This document shows positions 1 through 8,762 of a stretch of 30,859 bases of DNA, piece by piece. The stretch's first letter is position 1; every line of letters begins with the position of its first letter. Location: the IMG/VR virus record IMGVR_UViG_2740892488_000014. The stretch is one strand, 5' to 3'. Origin of the DNA: a virus. Its lineage: Duplodnaviria > Heunggongvirae > Uroviricota > Caudoviricetes. Made by a program: the position numbers and the translations under genes. A model generated the notes under the pieces. The model was not told where the DNA came from, ran no database searches, and saw only the letters and a list, made by a program, of their open reading frames with translations.

Positions 1-543
<543 letters not shown>

Positions 544-1784
544 ATCACAGCCTGTAAGGGCAATGGCGAGTAAGAGTACTGAGTATTTTAATCTCATGAA
601 TTCCCTTTAGAGTAAGGATTGGTTTTTAAGACGCGGTCTGTAATCAGTCCCGAGAGCTACAGTAAACAACGCTGAGCACTGAACGCATCACAGGTAAGGT
701 AAAAGGTGATATCGGCAAAGGCTGTGAAACCTTTAATTCAACAGATGGGAACGGTATGCGCAGGATCCTGTAACGACGCTCCCAAAACCGGAAACCTGTA
801 AGGCATGTTTTCGCTGCTGAACTTAATATACGAACCTGCACTATCATGAACATATTTTATATCGTTATACCCCGAGTGATTGTGCCCGGCAATGGATAGT
901 GTCCTGGAGGAACTATTTCTACTGTAAAAGGTAGATATTTAATTTCAGTTTTGAATTATTCCCTGCTGTTAATAACAATGGCTGTATATGGCACCGAGTA
1001 GGCATTTTTTCGCTTACTGAAGGGCAGCTGTGAGCGAGGAACAGACTTTCCCTACTTCGTTGAGAGTACACCTAGTACAATCAAGGCTAAATGATAAAAA
1101 TATACAAAATATCATATTTATGATATATATAATGGCATTAATCTTATTCTTGGATTACGTTGAAAGGGTAATATTATATTTGTGTAACATAGTTTAGATA
1201 ACAATGCCGTTATGGGGGGGGAAAGACATTTCAACATATTAGCTTTGTATCTAACGCTCATGTAGATCTCGATTTTGAACTTAAAGAACAATTATTTTTT
1301 AGAGAGCAAGGTATTTTTGGGGAACAAAAACATAAAGTAATGGAGAGAGGAGAATGTATCAAAAAATCATCGATTTAATTTAGATTGTCCGTATAGTTGG
1401 GGGTAAGTCGAATCGCTGGGCTACATGGAATATTGTGTCAAGTAAAAATATATTTCAATCTTGCAATAACCGATTGTTGAAAATAATGTCAAATCTTAAT
1501 GGTGAATGGGGAGAATATAATAAACATGAGTCGATATTATGCAAATGGATTTAAATATTTTATACCCGAAGACATAGGGTTTCGAGAGTTCGATGAGACT
1601 ACTTTGAATGCTTTCGAATTTGCTGGCTAAAACATATAGGTTATATCTTACATCTGTTTGTAATGGAGCGTAGATGCGACAAGCTACACCATAATAATCA
1701 TATTATGATATATTGTTAAGTTGTTATGGCATTAAATAAAATTATGTCATTTTGTTAACCAAGCAAGAATCAAAGGACTTTTAG

Positions 1785-2099
1785 ATGGGTACGGCATTAA
1801 TTTCAAGCTTTATTAGTGGTGCAATAGCTATAATCTCTATTGCTATATCTACTTATAATCAGAATAGAATAAACAAGCTCAATGAATCACTGGATGTAAG
1901 GAGAAAACATCAGTACTATATTGAACCGTTAATTCGCTCAGCTTCAGACTTACAAAGCCGTATTTATAATATATTAGAATTGGGGTTCATTGAAGAGTTT
2001 TATCATAATGGGAATAAGCGCCAACAAGATTATGTTATCAACAATACTGTTTTTTCTTTTTTTCCCAGTTTTTTGCATGGACAGAAGCTGCCCGCATAG
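1785..2099 (+). CDS. Hypothetical protein with an N-terminal TM helix; possibly the 5' part of a longer gene fragmented by homopolymer indels
   Basis: 104-aa ORF in the AT-rich island with a hydrophobic N-terminus LISSFISGAIAIISIAI; it ends in a region of T5/T7/T6 runs. Confidence 0.3.
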   Translation: MGTALISSFISGAIAIISIAISTYNQNRINKLNESLDVRRKHQYYIEPLIRSASDLQSRIYNILELGFIEEFYHNGNKRQQDYVINNTVFSFFPSFLHGQKLPA

Positions 2100-2136
2100 A
2101 CATTCAATACCTTAGCCTAGAAAAAAAATAAAAAAA

Positions 2137-2352
2137 ATGAGGGAGTTTATTAGATTACAGAACAATATTAACTCATTAATCCAAACAGACGTCTTTGGTC
2201 AGTATTTTATGTTTTTCATAGGAGAGCAGAGAGCTATTGCAGAAAAGATGCTGATATCAACAGATACTGGATTTGATTGCATAGGTTACGGCAGTTTCAC
2301 AAAGGAAAATTGCTTTATCAATGAGCCATTTTTTTTTAGATTTAAACAATGA
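2137..2352 (+). CDS. Hypothetical protein; possibly the middle part of the same fragmented AT-rich gene
   Basis: 71-aa ORF that immediately follows the A8 A8 runs and ends in a T9 run. A further 41-aa ORF follows at ~2363..2489. Confidence 0.25.
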   Translation: MREFIRLQNNINSLIQTDVFGQYFMFFIGEQRAIAEKMLISTDTGFDCIGYGSFTKENCFINEPFFFRFKQ

Positions 2353-2672
2353 AGTGATAAATATGACAAGAGATATCGGAATTTATAAAGAAAGGCTAAT
2401 CAGAATACAGCACGCGTTAATCGATTTAATTAATTTTCTTGATCCTGGCATGATTCGATTTGACGGAAAAAAATATGGAAAAATATAACCCAGATGATTC
2501 GTATCAAGGTAAGTTGCTATATGTATCAATTTAATTATGGTTGGGTGAAATTTATGTTAATAGTAGCGGAGGGTTAGTTAAAATATGCTCTCAGTGATTT
2601 TTGGATAGTTCTTTTATTTATCATTGAAAGTAAATATGTATAGCTTCAAGATTTACAAGTGAATCTGTTTAT

Positions 2673-2706
2673 TGACAGTCCGCTTATGGCACAGAGCGGA
2701 CTGTCA
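2673..2706. terminator. Perfect 12-bp inverted repeat TGACAGTCCGCT-N10-AGCGGACTGTCA; candidate intrinsic terminator or protein-binding palindrome
   Basis: Both arms read directly from the sequence. A TATTAAATTT tract follows on the + strand. Confidence 0.35.
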
Positions 2707-2904
2707 TATTAAATTTGGCTCCACGCCATAGATGTGTCAGCTCATATCTTATCTAATACACACAATAACTTTCTCATTCTTGGAGAATTATTTTTTTAAG
2801 GGTAGGTGTTGACGTTAGAGCAAAAGAATGGTGATTTTTTTGATGTGTATTACGTTGGAACTGATGGGAATAACTATCTGTTTTCAACGCACTGCTAATT
2901 TATC

Positions 2905-2926
2905 AAGGCCCTTTGATCAGGGCCTT
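2905..2926 (-). terminator. 8-bp stem hairpin AAGGCCCT-ttgatc-AGGGCCTT about 25 nt downstream of the minus-strand 2-TM gene; possible terminator
   Basis: Inverted repeat read from the sequence. No clear U-tract follows it. Confidence 0.3.
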
Positions 2927-2950
2927 CGAAAGACTGTTGGACCGAGAGAG

Positions 2951-3557
2951 TTACTTGCGTTTAAAAAGGTATTTTGTCACGACCAGCACGAGGCCGAATA
3001 CCTCTGTCAAAGTACCGCCCATGTACAACTGTAGTGTTAAATCCTCAAATTCCAGCTTACCTGCGCCGTCGGCAATAAATACACCATTCATTATCAGAAG
3101 TTGGAAAGCAAGGATAATCAGGAACCATTTCCCGTATCGTTTTTTTAGAGCGATTTCTGCTTCAAAATCTTTGTTGTTGAGTTGTTTGCGCTCATGCTCG
3201 GTATCAAGTGAATTCACCTGTTTCACAGATGTGAACTCGGTCAAGATTTTACTCTCAGTACGGGTGACTTGTTGAGAGGGTGTAGCAGTTGGAATTCTTT
3301 TGCTAGACGCAGCTACAGCCATTTTGCGAGCTTCGGCAGCTCTTTTTCTGGCTATTCCGCGAATACGGACAGCCGTTTTTTTTGGGGGCGTGCGAAACCT
3401 TTGGCTGAGGTGAAGCTTCGTCAGGAGACTGAACCGGAGTTTCATCGTCCTCCGGCTCAACCTCTTCTGCTAACTGACGGTGTAGGTTGAGGGAATCCTT
3501 CAGTCTGCGTGCTACTTCCTGTTTGAAACGGCTGTTAAAATCGTCATCCGATGGCAT
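2951..3557 (-). CDS. ~201-aa protein with a charged/acidic N-terminal region and two C-terminal TM helices, encoded immediately downstream of ImmA; frameshifted here in a homopolymer
   Basis: ORFs 3303..3557 and 2951..3460 (both minus) are consecutive parts of one reading frame. They join if the T8 run at ~3376-3383 (A8 on the coding strand) is read as 7: ...HAPKK|TAVRIRG.... The TM segments are WFLIILAFQLLIMNGVFI and LTEVFGLVLVVTKYLF. Confidence 0.6.
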
Positions 3558-3566
3558 TTTAAAGCG

Positions 3567-4056
3567 TTACCCCAACCTCAAGTTCTTTAAACGATAAGTC
3601 ATCGCATCGTCAGATACGCCAAAATAATGCGCCATTATATAACTTGGTTGACCGTCAGCGTGCAGTTTTCTGACCTCATCTACCGGCATCAGAAGTTCTG
3701 CTGCGAACTTGTTTGCAAAAATTTCATCAGGATGCGTTCCGGCGCTTGCGGTTTCGCCACGTAAATCAACGTACTCATATTCATCGCTATGCGATGCTTG
3801 CCGGGCGATGTAATGCCCCAACTCATGCCCACATGAAAAAACGTTGACGAACTTTGTTGTCATCACTGTTTAGAAAGATCGCTGGATCTTGATCTTTTTG
3901 TTTAATCAGTGCGCCAGAAACTTTCCCAGGAAGATCGGTAATAAAAACATCTAATCCCATGTCGTGAGCAATTTTCGCTGGATCAACAGGGAAACCACGC
4001 CCGCACCAGAACGTGTCCAGCACTCGCCGGGCGTGCTCTCTTGGGTTGGTAGCCAT
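3567..4056 (-). CDS. ImmA/IrrE-family (COG2856, M78-like) Zn-metallopeptidase with a HEXXH motif; frameshifted here in a homopolymer
   Basis: ORF 3823..4056 is an N-terminal domain of the kind found in ImmA anti-repressor proteases. ORF 3567..3866 carries HELGH plus a downstream E, i.e. the catalytic domain. The two join as ...VRQRFSCGHELGHY... if the 6-nt run at ~3836-3841 is read as 5. Confidence 0.8.
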
Positions 4057-4130
4057 AGCTCCTCCAGTTACTGCATTACGATTATTGGTTGAAATATAGA
4101 CAGCATGTTCCGTACCACATTCCTGTAAAA

Positions 4131-4145
4131 GTGCAAATTCTGCAC
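4131..4145. promoter_or_regulatory. Palindrome GTGCAAATTCTGCAC about 75 nt upstream of the ImmA start; candidate operator
   Basis: An inverted repeat GTGCA-N5-TGCAC read directly from the sequence. A related motif GTGCAAATAGTGCAG occurs at 4897..4911. Confidence 0.35.
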
Positions 4146-4432
4146 TTCTGGTACGATATTAACTGTTAGTAGTAAAGTCTTCCAGATAAATCACTTTAAA
4201 ATCTTGTGAATTGCTTGCTTTTTACGCTGTATTGTGGATGGTTCAATGTTTCCAGTAAAAACATACATGATAATCATGAGTTTAGTGTTTTTTTAGGCGT
4301 CTATATGTTTCTGGAAAATACAGGTCTAACCTGATCTTATCGTTGAGATTTTTTGTACTCAGTATGCGTGAACGATTCGACCAGGTGACTGTGTACGTGA
4401 AGAAGACCGCCCTTAATATTTTAAATGTGCAA

Positions 4433-4448
4433 CCCCTCAGAAGAGGGG
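4433..4448 (-). terminator. Rho-independent-type hairpin CCCCTC-agaa-GAGGGG directly downstream of the minus-strand HTH gene
   Basis: GC-rich 6-bp stem with a 4-nt loop, 7 nt after the stop at 4455. An A/T-rich tract follows on the minus strand. Confidence 0.5.
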
Positions 4449-4454
4449 CTACTC

Positions 4455-4688
4455 TCACTTCTGCAGTATCTCGCCAATACCTGCCAGATTCTCGTCCATC
4501 TTGTCACCGTTTTCGATAAGGATGGAGTTGAGCCGATTCAGTTGCATAGCAATTTCAAGTTTGATTAAGGTATCCACCGATACACCAGTTTCTTTTGCTA
4601 ACTTAGTAAGAGCCGCAGCTCGATTGGCTAAATTAAAATCATCGAACTCATAACGACTTCTGCACGGCTGGTTGCCTAACGTACCCAT
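4455..4688 (-). CDS. Small (77 aa) protein with a helix-turn-helix-like segment; candidate XRE/Cro-like regulator partner of ImmA
   Basis: The segment LTKLAKETGVSVDTLIKLE has an HTH-like pattern. It is co-oriented with ImmA and 400 bp upstream of it, with its own terminator. Confidence 0.45.
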   Translation of the reverse strand: MGTLGNQPCRSRYEFDDFNLANRAAALTKLAKETGVSVDTLIKLEIAMQLNRLNSILIENGDKMDENLAGIGEILQK

Positions 4689-4896
4689 AGTGATTCCTCA
4701 TGATATAAAGACCCAACAATATAAATTACCAGGCACATCATAAGATAGGGTTCCAGCCCATATTTTCAAATATTTGCAAGTATCACCGTTCAGTCTAAAA
4801 AGTTGGATGATGATTTAACGAGCCATAACAAAACCCTGCCTCGGAGGTTTTTTTCTTTTTTATAGAACTCAGCGGCGTGAAAACGAATAATAAATT

Positions 4897-4911
4897 GTGC
4901 AAATAGTGCAG
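4897..4911. promoter_or_regulatory. Second copy of the operator-like motif GTGCAAATAGTGCAG, about 20 nt upstream of the 4933 gene start
   Basis: 12 of 15 positions match the palindrome at 4131..4145. Confidence 0.3.
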
Positions 4912-4932
4912 TTTTTATTATTCGAGGTAATT

Positions 4933-5574
4933 ATGAAAACCTTCTATGAGGACTGGCCTGAAACTTTCGTTAGCCGGTTAGATATGTTACGGGCGTTGGA
5001 TGATCGCGGTTCGACCCGGAGGCTCTATCTTGAACGGACCGGGGCAATATTTGACGCTCTGGCAGAAGAGATACGTACAGTCGTTGCCGGGCATCCTGAA
5101 ATCGACGTGAGTGAACTTGATATCGGGCCGCTGTATCGCTATTACAAACGTGGAGAAAAGGGGAATCCGCTGGCTGACTTACTTATTGAGTTGGCTCCAC
5201 CAACTTGTGAACGGGTTCGTATATCTCCTGAAGTGTACATAATCCCGTATCTGTTTTTTGCACTGTTGATAGCGCAAGGCGCTGACAACGATGCCCGCGA
5301 TTTTTTCAATATGATGATGCGACCGTTAATCATCGCCTACCGTTTCAAACAACTGGCGCGATACCTGGGAACAAAGGGCGGAGGACGACCACAGCACAGA
5401 TTAAAAAGCGAAGCCATTGAACTGGCTGATCGTTTTTTTACTGAAAACCCGACAGCGCCATTATCGCGTGGCGTGCAATACATATCCGGTATTTTTGTGG
5501 CGAAATACTCTGACCCACCTGCAGCGTCGACGATTAGAAAATGGTTAATTCCAATTTACAGGAGTGATAAATAA
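4933..5574 (+). CDS. Hypothetical protein, 213 aa, no family recognised
   Basis: Long ORF with a good SD, GAGGT 5 nt before the ATG at 4933. The track ORF 4897..5574 uses a GTG upstream. Codon usage resembles the flanking genes. Confidence 0.7.
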   Translation: MKTFYEDWPETFVSRLDMLRALDDRGSTRRLYLERTGAIFDALAEEIRTVVAGHPEIDVSELDIGPLYRYYKRGEKGNPLADLLIELAPPTCERVRISPEVYIIPYLFFALLIAQGADNDARDFFNMMMRPLIIAYRFKQLARYLGTKGGGRPQHRLKSEAIELADRFFTENPTAPLSRGVQYISGIFVAKYSDPPAASTIRKWLIPIYRSDK

Positions 5575-5581
5575 TGACCAT

Positions 5582-5610
5582 AAACGGTTTAATCCCCTAT
5601 AAAACCGTTT
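5582..5610 (+). terminator. Inverted repeat AAACGGTTT-N11-AAACCGTTT 8 nt after the stop of the 4933..5574 gene; weak terminator or binding site
   Basis: 9-bp arms read from the sequence, followed by AATAAAATT. Confidence 0.35.
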
Positions 5611-5667
5611 AATAAAATTCACGACGTGAATATAATTGTTCATTATTCCCTCATTGTATTTGGCGTT

Positions 5668-5699
5668 ATGACAAATGCCATAAAATACTGTATAAATAT
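5668..5699 (+). promoter_or_regulatory. Rightward sigma70-like promoter (-35 ATGACA, 17-nt spacer, -10 TATAAA) overlapping the left half of a LexA box that is split by the ISL3 insertion
   Basis: Joining 5699 to 7593 reconstitutes TACTGTATAAATATACAGGT, i.e. CTGT-N8-ACAG with the TA-rich centre of the E. coli SOS-box consensus TACTGTATATATATACAGTA. The -10 overlaps the box. Confidence 0.6.
5692..5699. repeat. Target-site duplication ATAAATAT, left copy
   Basis: An identical 8-mer directly flanks both ends of the ISL3 element. ISL3-family elements make 8-bp TSDs. Confidence 0.8.
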
Positions 5700-5727
5700 G
5701 GGTCTTCCCCGATCATGGTGGGAAGAC

Positions 5728-6948
5728 TCAGTACGCCATATTCAGTTTCCCATAGTGGAACATAACTCCCAGTTTAAAGCGTTCCCGGTTTCGGTATCCC
5801 CTGGCCTTTATCCTCAGCAGTCTGATCTTGCTGTTCAGCGCCTCCGCATTTCCATTCGAGACGCGATGACGCATTGCATTCAGTATTCCGTATAACCGTT
5901 TTTTAATGGTTTTCGCTGCGTTTTTCATCATCGGCACATCACATTCAGACGCCAGCGATATCCACTGCAACCAGTCATTCCTGCGTTCTGTGCTCCAGGG
6001 GCGATCCCAGATATTTTTTGCCAGCTCTTTCAGTGTCCAGCACTGGCTTGTCTGTTGCATCTGTTCCCGCAACCACATCAGCTTTTCCTGCCGGGACTCA
6101 GTCATCCATTTGTCGCTGTACTGCCACAGGAAGCGGGTACCTTTGGCCTGACGACGACTTTCAACAGGGAGGTGCGGATGTTCATTCTGGCGGGTTTTAT
6201 CAACCACTTCGCCCAGTTGCTTCGCCACATGGAAGCGATCGAAGGCGATTTTCTCGACCGCATTGGGTAAATGGATACGCGCTGCTCTTATATAGCCCGC
6301 ATTCATGTCCATCGACAGTGTTTTGATGGCCAACAACTGACTGTCAGTAAGCGAACGGAGATAGCTGGCAAGACTCTCTGTGCCACGATCATCGGTTAAT
6401 GCCAGTGCCCGCCCGTCGCGATCAGATACCACGGTTATATACCTATGCCCTTTTTTAAAGGCGACTTCGTCTACATTCATATGACGCACTGATAAAGGCT
6501 TTTTAATCCGCGACAGGCCTCGCTTAACCGCGCGGGTCATGATGCCGTCAACGGCATTCCAGCTAAGTTTAAGTTGTTTTCTGACCGCATCAACGGTGCT
6601 GATTTTAAGCCATGAGAGCACGAACGATTCGAACAGCAGAGTGTACCGACTGCCGGAACCTGCCCACGGTACAGGCAGAGTCTGGCAGCCATGCTCCGGG
6701 CACATAACGCGGGGAACATCGGCTTCTACTAATGTCATGAACTGGCAGGTATCAAGGTGGCGCCATTTACGATGTCGGTGATCGTGAACAGAACAGGATT
6801 TCCTGCAGGTCGGACAGGTTAACTGAGTATTTTCAGCAATTCCGACTGTAACAGTAACGGAACCTGCATTTTCATCGAGGGTAAGGGATTTAACCTGCCA
6901 TGGTGCAGTCAGGTTAAGGATATGGGCATAGAGGGATTTTTCGTCCAT
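5728..6948 (-). CDS. ISL3-family transposase, 406 aa
   Basis: N-terminal Zn-ribbon (CPTCRKSC...CPEHGC) plus DDE domain, typical of the IS204/IS1001/IS1096/IS1165 (ISL3) family. Confidence 0.95.
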   Translation of the reverse strand: MDEKSLYAHILNLTAPWQVKSLTLDENAGSVTVTVGIAENTQLTCPTCRKSCSVHDHRHRKWRHLDTCQFMTLVEADVPRVMCPEHGCQTLPVPWAGSGSRYTLLFESFVLSWLKISTVDAVRKQLKLSWNAVDGIMTRAVKRGLSRIKKPLSVRHMNVDEVAFKKGHRYITVVSDRDGRALALTDDRGTESLASYLRSLTDSQLLAIKTLSMDMNAGYIRAARIHLPNAVEKIAFDRFHVAKQLGEVVDKTRQNEHPHLPVESRRQAKGTRFLWQYSDKWMTESRQEKLMWLREQMQQTSQCWTLKELAKNIWDRPWSTERRNDWLQWISLASECDVPMMKNAAKTIKKRLYGILNAMRHRVSNGNAEALNSKIRLLRIKARGYRNRERFKLGVMFHYGKLNMAY

Positions 6949-6966
6949 ATAATTTCATTCTGAAGC

Positions 6967-7485
6967 TTACTTTAAACTGATATTATTATTTTTTGCCCAC
7001 TTTCTTAATCTTCCATTAGCGTTGGCGTAAGGCGAAGATGTGTTAAATGAGATCATTCTCCCCATCGTCCATTTTGTGTACCATGGTCTTCCATACAAAA
7101 TATCATCGGTACGATCATTAATAAGGTTCACAATCTCATTTTTTACAGTCTGAAGTTCAGCTACTAACAACTCATAACTTAACTCACTGTAATCTGAGTA
7201 AAATTTTTGAGCAAGAAGGCCAAGCTGATTCCATTTATAGCCAGTTTCCGGAAAATCGACAGGCAGACCTTTAGCATCAGAAGCGATCCACTTTACAACA
7301 AGAGCATTCCATCCAAGCAGATACGAAACGAGATCACGAACACTCATCTCCGTTCCTTTGGCGTGTCCGTCCATTGATTTATCTGAAGTAATTTCTGGTG
7401 GGATTGTGTTGAGGTAACTAATTAATTTACTAAAATTTTTATCAATAGCTAAAAGCAGTTCAGCTTTTGTTTGCGGCACACTCAT
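6967..7485 (-). CDS. ClbS/DfsB-family (DUF1706) four-helix-bundle protein, 172 aa, carried as passenger of the ISL3 element
   Basis: Length and motifs such as ...KAELLLAIDKNFSKL..., ...DFPETGYKWNQLG... and ...YGRPWYTKWTMGRMI... recall the ClbS colibactin self-resistance family (from memory). It has its own SD GAGGG. Confidence 0.55.
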   Translation of the reverse strand: MSVPQTKAELLLAIDKNFSKLISYLNTIPPEITSDKSMDGHAKGTEMSVRDLVSYLLGWNALVVKWIASDAKGLPVDFPETGYKWNQLGLLAQKFYSDYSELSYELLVAELQTVKNEIVNLINDRTDDILYGRPWYTKWTMGRMISFNTSSPYANANGRLRKWAKNNNISLK

Positions 7486-7584
7486 AAGAATTCCCTCTCA
7501 TGTAAAAAGAGACACCATAAAGGTACTGTGTGGTGTTTGAAAATCGCTCAATTATGTACCACCCACCACAACAGGGGAAGACCC

Positions 7585-7598
7585 ATAAATATACAGGT
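7585..7598 (+). promoter_or_regulatory. Right TSD copy ATAAATAT plus right half ACAGGT of the split LexA box
   Basis: See the reconstruction under the promoter feature at 5668..5699. Confidence 0.6.
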
Positions 7599-7618
7599 TG
7601 TGGCATTGGGGGGAAGAC

Positions 7619-7798
7619 ATGAATATTCAAGAATCTATAGGCGAACTACCGGAAACATGCCGGGCTGTTATCAAGCGTAAGGACGGACACATCGTTGGTG
7701 TGCGTGTTCTGACCGATGATGAGCGGATTGCCAGCCTGATGGCGTTTCTCGAGTTGGCAGAAATAGCTGGATATACTATTACACCCCCTGACGCGTAA
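7619..7798 (+). CDS. Small protein (59 aa) of unknown function, first gene downstream of the disrupted LexA-controlled promoter
   Basis: ATG at 7619 with a purine-rich SD GGGGGGAAGAC. The track ORF 7598..7798 uses an upstream TTG. No family recognised. Confidence 0.55.
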   Translation: MNIQESIGELPETCRAVIKRKDGHIVGVRVLTDDERIASLMAFLELAEIAGYTITPPDA

Positions 7799-7875
7799 AA
7801 CACGGTATAATATCGGTGCTGGATTGAACACCCGGCATCATTTTCTGAACACTGCCGCGCCACCTGGAGTTAACC

Positions 7876-8472
7876 ATGGCGCAGCATTCATTTATCAGGG
7901 TATCCGGCGGTTCGCTAATACCCGCGACACCAGACACGCAACGCTGGTTGACTGAACGAGTCAAACCAGGTGCTGTTGTGTATGCAGATTTCAAACAGGC
8001 GCGTAATCCCGCGTTTCATCGTAAATTTTTCTCACTTCTCAACCTGGGCTTTGATTACTGGCATCCGTCCGGAGGGGCTATTTCTCCTGCGGAGCGCGAA
8101 CTGGTTCACGGCTACGTTAAGTTACTGGCGTATTACGGTGGACACGGTGATGTCATGGCAGAGCTGGCTGATCAGTATCTTCTCGATGAGTCGGAAAAGC
8201 GCGCGGGGAGTATCAGTGCGGTGAAGTCGTTCGAGGCGTTTCGCGCATGGGCGATTATGGAAGCTGGGTTTTATGACGTTCATCAGATGCCAGACGGCAG
8301 TTTGATGCGCGTACCTCGTTCAATCTCGTTTGCAGCGATGGACGATCTTGAGTTCGGTCAACTGTATTCAGCCGTTTTAGATGTGCTGTGGAATTATATT
8401 TTGTTCCGCACATTTGCCTCTCAGGAGGCCGCTGAAAATGCCGCCGCGCAGCTGCTGGATTACACATCATGA
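7876..8472 (+). CDS. Phage nin-region protein, NinB-like/DUF1367-type, 198 aa
   Basis: N-terminal pattern ...VVYADFKQARNPAFHRKFFSLLNLG... resembles lambda NinB ...VVTIQERNRSLDQNRKLWACLGDVS.... It sits immediately upstream of a YbcO-like gene and Q. Confidence 0.5.
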   Translation: MAQHSFIRVSGGSLIPATPDTQRWLTERVKPGAVVYADFKQARNPAFHRKFFSLLNLGFDYWHPSGGAISPAERELVHGYVKLLAYYGGHGDVMAELADQYLLDESEKRAGSISAVKSFEAFRAWAIMEAGFYDVHQMPDGSLMRVPRSISFAAMDDLEFGQLYSAVLDVLWNYILFRTFASQEAAENAAAQLLDYTS

Positions 8473-8762
8473 AAAAAATCGACCTGAGAAAAGCTGCACG
8501 CAGTCGCGCTTGTACTGTGCGTATCCCCGGTGTGTGCAATCACAATCCTGAAACCAGCGTACTGGCTCATTATCGTCTCGCCGGAACGTGCGGCACAGCC
8601 ATCAAACCTCACGATATGCAGGGCGCTATCGCCTGCAGTGCGTGTCACGATGCCATCGACGGACGTACAAAAACGGATTACGAGCACGACTCATTGTTGT
8701 TGATGCACGCTGAGGGAGTTTTCAGAACACTGGCTATCTGGCGCGATGAGGAGTTTATCTGA
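8469..8762 (+). CDS. ybcO: YbcO-like (DUF1364) putative phage nuclease, 97 aa
   Basis: DLRKAAR..C.VRIPGVCN.NPETSVLAH.RL.G.CGT..KP.D..A.IACSACHD.ID.RT is collinear with E. coli DLP12 YbcO. Its ATGA overlaps the upstream gene. Confidence 0.8.
   Translation: MKKIDLRKAARSRACTVRIPGVCNHNPETSVLAHYRLAGTCGTAIKPHDMQGAIACSACHDAIDGRTKTDYEHDSLLLMHAEGVFRTLAIWRDEEFI

Larger units (their letters stand above)
860..2850. other. AT-rich (~30% GC) island with dense stop codons in all frames; candidate horizontally acquired, H-NS-silenced DNA holding broken gene remnants
   Basis: Base composition drops sharply against the ~50-55% GC flanks. It is full of homopolymers (A8, A8, T9, T7, G7) and holds only ORFs of about 100 aa or less. 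Confidence 0.6.
5700..7584 (-). mobile_element. Complete ISL3-family insertion sequence (~1885 bp) with imperfect ~26-bp terminal IRs starting GGGTCTTCCCC, carrying a transposase and one passenger gene
   Basis: Left end GGGTCTTCCCCGATCATGGTGGGAAGAC; right-end reverse complement GGGTCTTCCCCTGTTGTGGTGGGTGGTA. There are 8-bp direct repeats and an ISL3 DDE transposase inside. Confidence 0.85.

Noticed and set aside
644-853. 69-aa minus-strand ORF just right of the IS911-like end
   Set aside because: No SD, no homology, and atypical composition. The 544-860 region may be a relic of whatever the IS or island displaced, but nothing can be supported
5626-5895. 89-aa plus-strand ORF crossing the left IS boundary
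   Set aside because: It spans the SOS box, the IS inverted repeat and the antisense strand of the transposase 3' end, so it is not a plausible gene
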